IMG/VR virus record: IMGVR_UViG_3300033064_001806
Location: 32,001 to 96,000 of that record
From: a virus
Length of the DNA: 64,000 bases
Reading direction: 5' to 3' (one strand)
Part shown: one piece after another, positions 36,994 to 46,745 of the stretch
Layout: each line of letters opens with the position of its first letter
Numbering within the stretch: position 1 is the first letter of the stretch
Position numbers and translations under genes: made by a program
Notes under the pieces: model-generated
Seen by the model: the letters and a program-made list of their open reading frames with translations, nothing else
What the model was told of the DNA's origin: nothing
Database searches by the model: none

Positions 36994-39510
36994 ATGTATC
37001 AAAATATATTTGTTAAAACAAATACAAAAGAAGCATGGGTATGGGATGATGCTAAAGGACTTTTGTATTTTAACTATACTCCATATGCCTACCGTAGAGA
37101 TTCAAACGGTAAGTTTGTTTCATTGTATGGCGATAAATTATCTAAGATAACTCAATTCACAAAGAATGATCCAGACTTATTTGAATCTGATGTTGCTGAA
37201 ACTACGCGCATTCTTGTTGATATGTACCATGAATCCGATATTCCATCGAAAGGAATTGTTACAATGACATTCGATATTGAGGTTGAAATGATTACAGGTA
37301 CACCAGATGCAACTGAGGGTAACAATGAAATAACTTCTATAGCTTACCATGATTCAGCAACTAACCATTACACTATGTTAGTGTTGGATAAACAGAAGCG
37401 ATTGAAAAATAGAACTACGGATAATAAAACAATAGTTTCTTGTCCAGATGAAAAAACACTTCTACTTAAATTCTTAGCAGGAATAGAAGAAATTCAACCG
37501 CACATTATGACTGGTTGGAATTGTGATGCATTCGATATTCCATATTTGCATAACAGAATAAAGAGAGTTCTTGGTAAGAAGCAAGCACATCGTATGTCAC
37601 CTATAAATGAAATGTATTTTTCGCCTTATAGAAATCGATGGAGCATTGCTGGTATTTCTGTGTTGGATTACATGACTGTTTATAAAAAGTTCTCTTATAA
37701 AGAACTACCATCGTATGCACTTAATGCGGTTTGTATGACTGAGTTAGGACGTGGTAAGGTTGAGTATGAAGGTAACTTAGATGATTTGATGGAAAACGAT
37801 ATTGAAACTTTTATAGAATATAATATAACTGACGTTGAACTTGTTCTTGAATTAGACAAGAAGTTGCAGTATATAGACTTAGTGCGTGGTATTTGTCACG
37901 TTGGTCATGTTCCATACGAGGATTTTGTTTACTCTTCAAAGTATCTTGAGGGTGCTTTGTTATCGTACCTTAAAAATGTTGGAAGTGTTGTAGCACCGAA
38001 TAAGCCAGCTGATAGACAAGAGAAGATGGCAGAGTTACGAGAGAGTGGTCAACAAGGTTTTATTGGTGCTTTTGTTAAAGACCCAATTCCCGGCCGCTAC
38101 GAATGGATGTATGACTTGGATTTAACTTCTCTGTATCCATCCATTATTATGACTTTGAATATTTCTCCAGAAACAAAGATTGCTAAAATCGATAACTGGT
38201 CTGCTGAAGATTTTATTCGTGGTAACATTGAAGAATATTCCGTTGCTGGTGAAATGGTTTCAAAAGAAAAGTTAAAAGCGTTTTTGGATAAATACAAATA
38301 TACCGTTGCTTCCAATGGGGTGATGTATAGTTCCGATAAGGTTGGATTGATTCCTGCAATTCTAAGTGATTGGTTTGACAAGCGGGTTCAGTATAAAGAT
38401 GAAATGAAAAAATGGGGTAAAGAAGGTGATACAGCGAAGTATGAATTCTATAAGAAAAGACAACTTGTTCAAAAGATTCTACTCAACTCACTCTATGGTG
38501 TGCTTGGTTTGCCTGCATTTCGCTTCTATGATATTGATAATGCGGAAGCAGTTACACTTTCTGGTCAGACTGTAATTAAGAAAACAGAAGCAGCGATTAA
38601 CATGAAATATAACAAAGAACTGATAACAGATAATATTGATTACGTACAATATGTTGATACCGATTCTGTCTTTGTTTCTTGTTTACCGTTGGTAAAGAAT
38701 AGATTTCCTGATATTGATACTAACGATATTGAGTTGATGACTCCAAAGATTTATGAGATTGCAACCGAAGTTCAAGATTATGTAAATGAGTTCTACAATA
38801 TATTTGCAAAGAAAGTATTCAACACGGATAAACATCGCTTAGAAATTAAACAAGAGATGATTGGACGTACAGGTTTCTGGCAAAAGAAAAAGCGATATGC
38901 ATTATGGATTATTTCTGACAACGGTGTTCCGATGGACAAGTTGGAAGTTAAGGGATTGGATATTGTTCGCTCTTCATTTCCAAAATCATTTCAGAAGTTT
39001 ATGAAGGCGGTACTAATTGATATTCTGAAAGGTAGAGATAAAGTAGAATTAGATGAAGATATTATAAAATTCAAACGAGATTTAGGTACAGTTCTGTATG
39101 GTGAGTTGGCAAAGAACTCTTCTATAAAAGATATTAAGAAATATCAAGAACGTTTAACAGTTGATGTTTTGGGTAAGTTTGGAAAAGGAACGCCTGCTCA
39201 TATTAAAGCAGCGATGAATTATAATAACCTATTAAAGTTATTTAATTGTCCACCGAAGTTTCCAGCAATTAAAAACGGTGATAAAGTTAAGTGGGTATAT
39301 TTAAAAAATAACTCATACGGTTTAGAACTATTAGCATTCAGAGGAGATTCAGATCCAGTAGAAATTATAGAATTTATTAAAAATTACTTTGATGCAAACG
39401 AATTATTTGTATCGGAGTTGGATGGTAAACTAAGAGGTTTCTATGAATCAATGAAGTGGGAGTTCCCAACGGAAAGTAAAAAGGTTGCACAAAAGTTTTT
39501 TACTTTCTAA
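36994..39510 (+). CDS. Family B DNA polymerase (gp43-like)
   Basis: Exo FDIE, GWN..FD; DLTSLYPS, KILLNSLYG, YVDTDS, KKRYA, KGLD. Confidence 0.97.
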   Translation: MYQNIFVKTNTKEAWVWDDAKGLLYFNYTPYAYRRDSNGKFVSLYGDKLSKITQFTKNDPDLFESDVAETTRILVDMYHESDIPSKGIVTMTFDIEVEMITGTPDATEGNNEITSIAYHDSATNHYTMLVLDKQKRLKNRTTDNKTIVSCPDEKTLLLKFLAGIEEIQPHIMTGWNCDAFDIPYLHNRIKRVLGKKQAHRMSPINEMYFSPYRNRWSIAGISVLDYMTVYKKFSYKELPSYALNAVCMTELGRGKVEYEGNLDDLMENDIETFIEYNITDVELVLELDKKLQYIDLVRGICHVGHVPYEDFVYSSKYLEGALLSYLKNVGSVVAPNKPADRQEKMAELRESGQQGFIGAFVKDPIPGRYEWMYDLDLTSLYPSIIMTLNISPETKIAKIDNWSAEDFIRGNIEEYSVAGEMVSKEKLKAFLDKYKYTVASNGVMYSSDKVGLIPAILSDWFDKRVQYKDEMKKWGKEGDTAKYEFYKKRQLVQKILLNSLYGVLGLPAFRFYDIDNAEAVTLSGQTVIKKTEAAINMKYNKELITDNIDYVQYVDTDSVFVSCLPLVKNRFPDIDTNDIELMTPKIYEIATEVQDYVNEFYNIFAKKVFNTDKHRLEIKQEMIGRTGFWQKKKRYALWIISDNGVPMDKLEVKGLDIVRSSFPKSFQKFMKAVLIDILKGRDKVELDEDIIKFKRDLGTVLYGELAKNSSIKDIKKYQERLTVDVLGKFGKGTPAHIKAAMNYNNLLKLFNCPPKFPAIKNGDKVKWVYLKNNSYGLELLAFRGDSDPVEIIEFIKNYFDANELFVSELDGKLRGFYESMKWEFPTESKKVAQKFFTF

Positions 39511-39519
39511 ATAATTCAG

Positions 39520-39527
39520 TATATTTG
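39520..39527 (+). promoter_or_regulatory. TAnnTTTG promoter element
   Basis: TATATTTG upstream of the clamp gene; also at 43004-43011 and 61625-61632. Confidence 0.55.
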
Positions 39528-39558
39528 TGGAAATTATTATTATAAAAGGATTCGTGTT

Positions 39559-40278
39559 ATGGAAAAATCAAAGTTATTAAACTTCATTAGTAAATATCAC
39601 TTGGGTAAATTAGTTCAATCTGTTGCTTGGAATGCAAACGGTGGATTAGCAACTCGTTTTATTTCTGATGACAAATGCGTAGTAGGAGAAGTTAAGTTAA
39701 AAAGTTTCAGCGGTCAAGTAGCAAAGTTTGGTGTGTATGATACAAACTTACTTACAAGTCTTCTTGGTGTTCTTGGTAACACTATTGAATTTAAAATCAA
39801 TGGTGCAGACGATAAAGCATTCGCTTTAACATTAAGTGATAAATCCACAACTGTTAATTATATGTTAGCTGATTTGGCAGTTATTCCACCGGCACCGGAG
39901 TTGAAAGAACTTCCACCATTTGAATTAGAAATGTCAATTACAAAAGATTTTATTGATAAATTTATCAAAGCTAAATCTGCTTTATCTGATATTGAGAAGT
40001 TTACTATTCTTAAAAACGGTAAGACTAATAAATGGCAAATTGTAATTGGTTATGCTAACATAAACTCCAATAGAATTTCAATTGATATTGATTGTATTTG
40101 TGAACAAGATTTTGAACCAATTTCTTTTTCAGCAAAGTATTTCAAAGAAATTCTATCAGCAAATAAAGATTTGAACGGTGGTTCAATGAAAGTTTCCTCA
40201 CAAGGTTTAGCAAAAGTTGAATTTGATATTGACGATTTTGAATCAAGATATTTCTTAGTAAAATTGGAAAACAATTAA
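39559..40278 (+). CDS. Sliding clamp (gp45-like)
   Basis: 239 aa; FGVYD..LL, Y.LAD...IP, FSAKYFKEIL, VSSQGL, YFLV; between PolB and the clamp loader. Confidence 0.8.
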   Translation: MEKSKLLNFISKYHLGKLVQSVAWNANGGLATRFISDDKCVVGEVKLKSFSGQVAKFGVYDTNLLTSLLGVLGNTIEFKINGADDKAFALTLSDKSTTVNYMLADLAVIPPAPELKELPPFELEMSITKDFIDKFIKAKSALSDIEKFTILKNGKTNKWQIVIGYANINSNRISIDIDCICEQDFEPISFSAKYFKEILSANKDLNGGSMKVSSQGLAKVEFDIDDFESRYFLVKLENN

Positions 40279-41912
40279 TGAAAAAGTATTTCTATGAAAA
40301 AAGTGATATTCTGTCCTGGCCATCAAACATAACGTATGGTGAACTGGTTACATTTGACGATAACAGGTTTTATGAATGGGCAGAAGATTTACGAATGAGG
40401 ATTCTAACTGATTGGGATAACAATGGGAAACCGCCAGTCGTTGGTAGAACTGAGGAAGAGATTAATCAATCATTCTCGAAACTCCGTCAGTTCAACGCTT
40501 CATCTATTTTTCATAGTGTGGAAGACGGCAATGACTCTGATATGATTGGAGTCATTGCTAATTTCACAAAAATTGGTTCTGCTGCAAATCAATTCTTTCC
40601 AACAATGCTAAAAACTAAAATTGCATCTGGCATGGGAAGTGATTCTGGTAAATCGATTTACGATTATTTTACAGACTCTATGAAAGAAACATTTCATCAT
40701 ATTATGAAGAGAAGTGTTTACAACGATTCTATGTATTTGTACAGTAAGTCTTTATCTTCAAATCAAGTAAAGAATCCTTACTTCAAAGAAGGTGAAACTC
40801 TTCGTGATTTCTTCATGGCGTATAAAAATGGTGATGGAAGATTCGATGGACAAGGTGTTCGTATTTCTAAAATATCATGCACTCTACAAACTCAAAGTAA
40901 AAAATACAAAAAGTATTTAACTATAAAGGTAGATGAGATTAGACAGTTCTTAGCGGAAGGTTTGATTGATGACTTCATGTTATTTACTTTGGGTAGTCCA
41001 GCGGATTTAACTGATACATTTAATATACAAAAAGAAGGTTCGGAACCGAGGGCAAATGTTTATATTGTTCGTGTTTACGAAAAGAATATAAAACTATTTC
41101 CAAGTGCAATACAAGTATTTCGTATGTCATTTTGTCAACCGGCTGTAAACTTTCCACCTATGACCGCAAAGTTTATTTATGAACACTTTACAAAACATAT
41201 ACCTGCAAGTGAAACAGTAACGGTATATGATCCAAGTTCTGGTTGGGGTGGAAGGATACTCGGTGCTATGTCTGTTGGCCGCCCAATGCATTATGTTGGA
41301 ACAGACCCAAATACAGATAACTTTATTGATGAATTAGGAATAAGTCGTTATGAATACCTTGCAGACTTTTTTCTAAAATCAATAGGCGAGCGAGGCACAA
41401 ATATATCTTCAAACTTCTTTGTTACAAATGAAAATCATACATACGAACTTTTTCAAGATGGTTCAGAAACAATTCAATTCAATCCTAAATTTCAAAAGTA
41501 TAAAGGTAAGTTAGATTTTGTTTTTACTTCACCACCATACTTTAATAGAGAAATGTATTCCGATGATGCAACTCAATCGTATAAAGCACATAGTGAGTAT
41601 GCGGATTGGCGTGATAACTTTTTACGCCCAACATTAGAAACTGCGGTTGCTTATTTGAAATCAGACCGTTACCTTTGTTGGAATATAGCTGATATTAGAA
41701 TTTCAACTAACAAAATAGTTCACCTTGAAAAAGATTCAATTGATATATTAGAATCATTGGGAATGGAGTATGTAGGTAAATTTGGAATGGCAATGGGTAG
41801 AATGATTGGTAACTCTGACCAAGAAAAATTGGCTGAAAGAACTTCTAATAAAGTTTTTCATAAAGGTCAATGGTGGAAACAAGAACCTATTTTTATTTTC
41901 CGGAAACCATAA
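40278..41912 (+). CDS. DNA amino-methyltransferase-like protein (N4C/N6A)
   Basis: NFPP, YDPSSGWGGR (SAM motif I), GTDPN, FTSPPYF (motif IV). Confidence 0.8.
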   Translation: MKKYFYEKSDILSWPSNITYGELVTFDDNRFYEWAEDLRMRILTDWDNNGKPPVVGRTEEEINQSFSKLRQFNASSIFHSVEDGNDSDMIGVIANFTKIGSAANQFFPTMLKTKIASGMGSDSGKSIYDYFTDSMKETFHHIMKRSVYNDSMYLYSKSLSSNQVKNPYFKEGETLRDFFMAYKNGDGRFDGQGVRISKISCTLQTQSKKYKKYLTIKVDEIRQFLAEGLIDDFMLFTLGSPADLTDTFNIQKEGSEPRANVYIVRVYEKNIKLFPSAIQVFRMSFCQPAVNFPPMTAKFIYEHFTKHIPASETVTVYDPSSGWGGRILGAMSVGRPMHYVGTDPNTDNFIDELGISRYEYLADFFLKSIGERGTNISSNFFVTNENHTYELFQDGSETIQFNPKFQKYKGKLDFVFTSPPYFNREMYSDDATQSYKAHSEYADWRDNFLRPTLETAVAYLKSDRYLCWNIADIRISTNKIVHLEKDSIDILESLGMEYVGKFGMAMGRMIGNSDQEKLAERTSNKVFHKGQWWKQEPIFIFRKP

Positions 41913-41915
41913 TAT

Positions 41916-42995
41916 ATGAGACCTAACGGCGATAGTTTAAGTAAATTTTTTGATGTTGATCAGCTAGAAGTTCGTTTGTGGAAAGAAACAGGTGAATACT
42001 TTGCAGGTAAGAGAGAATTGGATGATACAATAGATTGTATCTTTCAGTATTACCGCAAACATGGTTATCCGTATATGAAAATCACCGAACAAGAAAAACA
42101 TGAACACATGAGAAAACTTCAACAATTTAATTATGATTCTATTTTCAAAGACGGTGATATAATTCAAACTATGAACGGACTTCGTTTGGCATGGTCTTAC
42201 TTTCCACATGGAATGGAAATCAAGTGTGGTAATTCTAAAATGTCTCCTATGGATAATTTTTTAAATGACCAAACATTCAAAATGACTATTCGTAAATGTT
42301 TGAAGTGGTTGTGGAAACATTTGGGTGGTTCTTTTCAAGAGAATCGTCTTCGTCAATCACTTAAAATATATTCCGGTGTTCAAGGTGTTTCTAATTTCAG
42401 ACCAACTGCTGCAGGTGCTATTTATAAAAGATTTGGTGGTGATGGTGTGATGTGGGATATGTCTTGTGGTTGGGGTGGTAGATTAGTCGGTGCACTTGCT
42501 TCACCGTATATCAAAACTTATATCGGAACAGAACCATCTACCAAAACATTTGAAGGTCTATGTAAACTTCGTGATGACTTTGCGTATCTTGGGAAAGATA
42601 TTCAATTGAATATGATGGGTTCAGAAGATTATCTACCAGAAAAAGAAAGTTTAGATTTATGTTTCACTTCACCTCCGTATTTTGATACAGAAAAGTATGC
42701 AGATGAAGAAACTCAATCGTATAATAAGTTTTCAACTCGTGATACTTGGGGTTCTGGTTTCTTACAAGAAACATTTAAGAATTGTTTTCATGGATTAAAA
42801 CCGCATGGTTATATGTTGATAAACATTTCAAATACACCAAAGTATAAAGACTTGGAAGAAATGACAATTCATTATGCAAAAGAAGTGGGTTTCATATATG
42901 AAGGTAAAATTAATCTAATTCTATCATCAGTTATGGGTGCTGGGTATAAAAGAGAACCTGCATTTATTTTTATAAAACCCTTGGCAGTCTCATAA
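41916..42995 (+). CDS. DNA amino-methyltransferase-like protein (N4C/N6A)
   Basis: NFRP, WDMSCGWGGR, GTEP, FTSPPYFDTE. Confidence 0.82.
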   Translation: MRPNGDSLSKFFDVDQLEVRLWKETGEYFAGKRELDDTIDCIFQYYRKHGYPYMKITEQEKHEHMRKLQQFNYDSIFKDGDIIQTMNGLRLAWSYFPHGMEIKCGNSKMSPMDNFLNDQTFKMTIRKCLKWLWKHLGGSFQENRLRQSLKIYSGVQGVSNFRPTAAGAIYKRFGGDGVMWDMSCGWGGRLVGALASPYIKTYIGTEPSTKTFEGLCKLRDDFAYLGKDIQLNMMGSEDYLPEKESLDLCFTSPPYFDTEKYADEETQSYNKFSTRDTWGSGFLQETFKNCFHGLKPHGYMLINISNTPKYKDLEEMTIHYAKEVGFIYEGKINLILSSVMGAGYKREPAFIFIKPLAVS

Positions 42996-43040
42996 AAAAT
43001 TTGTATATTTGTACTATAATATAAATCACAAGGTTATAAT

Positions 43041-43985
43041 ATGTTTAATGCAACTCACACAATTTGGAACGAAAAGTATCGTCCACAGACACTTGACACG
43101 TATGTAGGTAACGAAACTATCAAGACAACATTTAAACAATACATAGAAAACAATGATGTACCTCACTTATTGTTGTATGGCGATGCTGGTAGTGGTAAAA
43201 CAACACTCGCTAAGATTGTTGCGAACTCTATCGCAAAAGATAATTATATTTACATTAATGCGTCAGACGAAAACTCCGTAGATACTGTTCGTGATAAAAT
43301 CAAACAGTTTGCTTCTTCAATTGGATTTGGTGGATTGAAATTGATTATACTTGATGAAAGTGATTATCTTACACCCAGTGCTCAAGCAGCACTTCGTAAT
43401 GTAATTGAAACATTCAGTAAAACTACTCGTTTCATTTTAACGTGTAACTATGTTGAAAAGATTATTGACCCGATTCAATCTCGTTGTCAAATCTTTAACA
43501 TAGTACCACCATCAAAGAAAGAAGTTGCACAACACATCGTAAGCATTTTGGAGAGCGAGAAAGTTACATACAACAAAGAACACCTTGTTAGTATTATCAA
43601 TTCAAACTATCCTGATATTCGTAGAGTTATTAATACAACTCAACGATGCGTAATCGATGGTAAACTGAAATTAGATGAATCAACATTAGTGGAAACTAAT
43701 TACTTTTCAACTATTGTTGATTTACTGAAATCAAATAAAAACAAAAAAGAGAAGTTTGAAGGTATTCGTCAGATACTTGCAGATAATCATGCGAGAGATT
43801 TTAATCAACTGTTTCGTTATCTCTATGATAATGTAGATAGTTACGCAAGCGGTTTTGTATCAACTATTATTTTAATCATCGCAGAAACACAATATAAAGA
43901 TAGTTTTGTGGTTGACCACGAAATAAATGCAATGGCAATGTTTATTCAAATTATTATGGAAATTGAACAAAGGAGGAAAGGATGA
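43041..43985 (+). CDS. Clamp loader AAA+ subunit (gp44/RFC-like)
   Basis: W.EKYRP, GDAGSGKT, NASD, LDESD, SRC. Confidence 0.95.
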   Translation: MFNATHTIWNEKYRPQTLDTYVGNETIKTTFKQYIENNDVPHLLLYGDAGSGKTTLAKIVANSIAKDNYIYINASDENSVDTVRDKIKQFASSIGFGGLKLIILDESDYLTPSAQAALRNVIETFSKTTRFILTCNYVEKIIDPIQSRCQIFNIVPPSKKEVAQHIVSILESEKVTYNKEHLVSIINSNYPDIRRVINTTQRCVIDGKLKLDESTLVETNYFSTIVDLLKSNKNKKEKFEGIRQILADNHARDFNQLFRYLYDNVDSYASGFVSTIILIIAETQYKDSFVVDHEINAMAMFIQIIMEIEQRRKG

Positions 43986-44251
43986 GTGTATTTGATATTA
44001 ATGGAGGTGGGCAACCACCAGGGCAAGAACAACAAAGAATTAATGTTGACTTAAATCAAGCAAGTGATATTGTTTGTTCTAATTGTGGCGGGAAGTTTTT
44101 TCATGCAGTAACATTCTTTAAGAAGATTTCTGCATTACTTTCACCAACTGGACAAGAAGGAATTATTCCAATTCCAACATATGCTTGTCTTGAGTGTGGA
44201 AATATTAATGAAGAATTTTTACCATCAAAAAGACAACAACTAAACGATTAA
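43982..44251 (+). CDS. Zinc-ribbon hypothetical protein
   Basis: CSNC...CLEC. Confidence 0.65.
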   Translation: MSVFDINGGGQPPGQEQQRINVDLNQASDIVCSNCGGKFFHAVTFFKKISALLSPTGQEGIIPIPTYACLECGNINEEFLPSKRQQLND

Positions 44252-44264
44252 TAGGATTTCAATA

Positions 44265-44720
44265 ATGTCTGCTAAGAATATATTCGACCATTTAAAAGGT
44301 GTTACACTTCGTAAGACAAAGTGGGAAGACTTATCTGAAGAAGATAAGAAGAGTTGGAGTAATTATATGATTTCACGTTTCTTCTCTATGGAGCCGGAAC
44401 TTGTGGAAGTTATAAATGAATTTCAAAAATACTCGAACGGAATATTATCATCAGAAGATTATTATAAACTATTATCGGATACTCTACCAAAGCATTCGTT
44501 CTTTCTAAAATATGTTAAAGCTAAGAATAGAGTTAACATAGAACCAGAAATGATTACTTTATTTTGTAACCATTTTCAACTTGGAAAGAGCGAAGTGTTT
44601 GAGTATATTCGTTTTCTGAAAACTACTAATCCAACTGAACTTACTACTATACTAAAGAAGTACGGTACTAAAGAAGACGCAATAAAAGATTTTGAAAAGA
44701 AATTGAAGACTATAAAATGA
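44265..44720 (+). CDS. Clamp loader small subunit (gp62-like)
   Basis: IFD.L, YMI.RF.SM, F.KY.K motifs; near gp44. Confidence 0.65.
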   Translation: MSAKNIFDHLKGVTLRKTKWEDLSEEDKKSWSNYMISRFFSMEPELVEVINEFQKYSNGILSSEDYYKLLSDTLPKHSFFLKYVKAKNRVNIEPEMITLFCNHFQLGKSEVFEYIRFLKTTNPTELTTILKKYGTKEDAIKDFEKKLKTIK

Positions 44721-45100
44721 GGAATAAAATGTCAATTAAAGAAATAGACTTAGGTAGAAAACAAAATAGTGTTGTTTCTGAAATGGAAGAAAAGTTTCCT
44801 ACTATGACTAAAGAATTTAAACGTATTCAACAAGAACAGTACGAACTATTCTGTGCAAAACAAAAAAACTATGGTCCAGATAATATATCAATGGGTACAA
44901 CATTAGAAAGAGAGGAAGACAGAAAACTTTCTTTACAAGGTTTATTCTTTCGTATTAACGATAAAATAAACAGATACAAACAAATGATTATGTTTGGTTC
45001 ACAAGATGCAGTTGGTGAATCCTTATATGACACATTCAAAGATATTTCTGTTTATGGAATTATCGCACAACTTGTTCAATCTGGTAAATGGGGGAAATAA
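44717..45100 (+). CDS. Nucleotide modification-associated domain 1 (Nmad1/DUF1599-like all-alpha protein)
   Basis: K..NYG..N...R.NDK..R...ES..DT..D...Y.II. Confidence 0.75.
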   Translation: MRNKMSIKEIDLGRKQNSVVSEMEEKFPTMTKEFKRIQQEQYELFCAKQKNYGPDNISMGTTLEREEDRKLSLQGLFFRINDKINRYKQMIMFGSQDAVGESLYDTFKDISVYGIIAQLVQSGKWGK

Positions 45101-46257
45101 TGAGTACATATATATGGACTTCGGAATATGTAAGTGAAGGTCATCCTGATAAAATAGCTGACCAAATTTCAGATGCAATTCTTGATTGGTATTTACAAAG
45201 AGATCCAGACGCAAAGGTTGCGTGTGAGGTTATGGTAAAGGATAGTGATGTTTATGTTTCTGGTGAAATAAAATCAACGGTTGATAAAGATAAAAGAACT
45301 TTAGAATTATCACTAACTAGATTAATTAAAGGACTTATAAAAGACATTGGCTATACAATAGAAGAATCACCATTCTTCAATTCAGAGTATTGCCGTATTC
45401 ACTTTAATATATCAACTCAATCATCAGAGATTAATCAAGCGGTTGATAAAGGTGATGTTGTTACAGCAGGAGACCAAGGTATTATGTTTGGTTACGCTAC
45501 TCGTGAAACTCCAACATATATGCCGATAGCAATTTACTTGGCTAAAAAACTAATTGACGTTGCAACAGATATTAGAAAAAAAGGTAGTAAATTAGGTCAT
45601 GTACAGAAACTTCGTCCCGATATGAAGAGTCAAGTGTCTGTTACGTATAAAGATAATAAAGCAGTAGGTATTCATTCTGTTGTATTTTCAACTTGTCATT
45701 CTGAAATGATTTCACTTGAACAACTTAGAAAGTATTTCCATTCTGATATTTTACCAACGGTATTAGAAAGTATTCCAGAAGAACTTGCGGAACTATTTAC
45801 AGATAAAACTGTTTACCATATAAATCCAGCAGGTGAATGGAATGTTGGTGGTCCAGTTTCTGATTGTGGATTAACAGGTAGAAAGATTGTAGTTGATCAA
45901 TACGGTGCTGATTGTGAAATTGGCGGTGGCGCTTTCTCTGGCAAAGACCCAAGTAAAGTTGATAGAAGTGCAGCGTATATGGCTCGTCATATCGCTATAA
46001 CAACACTTCATGAAAATGAAGAAGCAAATAAAATTAAAGTTCAATTGGCATATGCAATCGGTGAAGAGTTTCCTGTTTCATATCGTATATTTGATCCAAC
46101 AACTTGCAAAGAATATGGACTTGGTAAATTTACTCACGCTGATTTAACTCCAAGTAGAATCATTGAAAGATTAAAATTAAAAACTCCTATTTATTTACAA
46201 ACTGCCAAGTATGGTCATTTTGGAAATAAAGATTTAGAATGGGAGAAAATTGGATGA
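45100..46257 (+). CDS. metK: S-adenosylmethionine synthetase
   Basis: SE.VSEGHPDK, AGDQG, D.KSQ, GLTGRKI.VD.YG, GGGAFSGKDPSKVDRS, YGHFG. Confidence 0.97.
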   Translation: MSTYIWTSEYVSEGHPDKIADQISDAILDWYLQRDPDAKVACEVMVKDSDVYVSGEIKSTVDKDKRTLELSLTRLIKGLIKDIGYTIEESPFFNSEYCRIHFNISTQSSEINQAVDKGDVVTAGDQGIMFGYATRETPTYMPIAIYLAKKLIDVATDIRKKGSKLGHVQKLRPDMKSQVSVTYKDNKAVGIHSVVFSTCHSEMISLEQLRKYFHSDILPTVLESIPEELAELFTDKTVYHINPAGEWNVGGPVSDCGLTGRKIVVDQYGADCEIGGGAFSGKDPSKVDRSAAYMARHIAITTLHENEEANKIKVQLAYAIGEEFPVSYRIFDPTTCKEYGLGKFTHADLTPSRIIERLKLKTPIYLQTAKYGHFGNKDLEWEKIG

Positions 46258-46745
46258 AACTAAAAGACTTGATAATGGAAGCATTTACTCTTAGTGGTAG
46301 AGTTATGTTATATCACTTTTCAAAAGAAGATTTAGGAAATGTAGCAGTTCTCGATCCGGCATTATCAAGTCAACGTCCATCTTCTTGGTCACGTAACGAT
46401 TATAAATTATCGAAAGTACCAAGAGTATTTTACTATACAGACTTAACAAAAGTTGAGCATATGGTTAAAACTAATAATTTATATGCAGCAGAATATGATG
46501 GTACTAAAATACTAAACGTATCGCAGGTATTGAAGGAGTATCAAACAAATCCAGATTCACTTGCTATCAAAAATCCAAACGCTTTCAAAATAATGCAATC
46601 GTCCGTAAACCAATATGGTGTATTAGATTACGATGCTATGTTAAGAACAGCCGGCCAATTCTTTAGTGGTGTATTCTACGATACTGGTAACTTACCAATT
46701 GTCAATTTATTCGTACCATTAAGGGCAAAAAAACAAAATGTCTGA
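46254..46745 (+). CDS. Hypothetical protein with an MKLKDLIME leader; possible ADP-ribosyltransferase-like fold
   Basis: LYHFS...PRVFYY pattern; fold call is weak. Confidence 0.45.
   Translation: MKLKDLIMEAFTLSGRVMLYHFSKEDLGNVAVLDPALSSQRPSSWSRNDYKLSKVPRVFYYTDLTKVEHMVKTNNLYAAEYDGTKILNVSQVLKEYQTNPDSLAIKNPNAFKIMQSSVNQYGVLDYDAMLRTAGQFFSGVFYDTGNLPIVNLFVPLRAKKQNV

Noticed and set aside
36938-37150. 70-aa ORF overlapping the PolB start
   Set aside because: Out-of-frame overlap with PolB; the 36892-36993 micro-ORF explains the interval better.
21716-39510. Inteins or introns in RecA, helicase, NrdJ or PolB
   Set aside because: Lengths and motif spacing are normal; no intein or homing endonuclease motifs seen.
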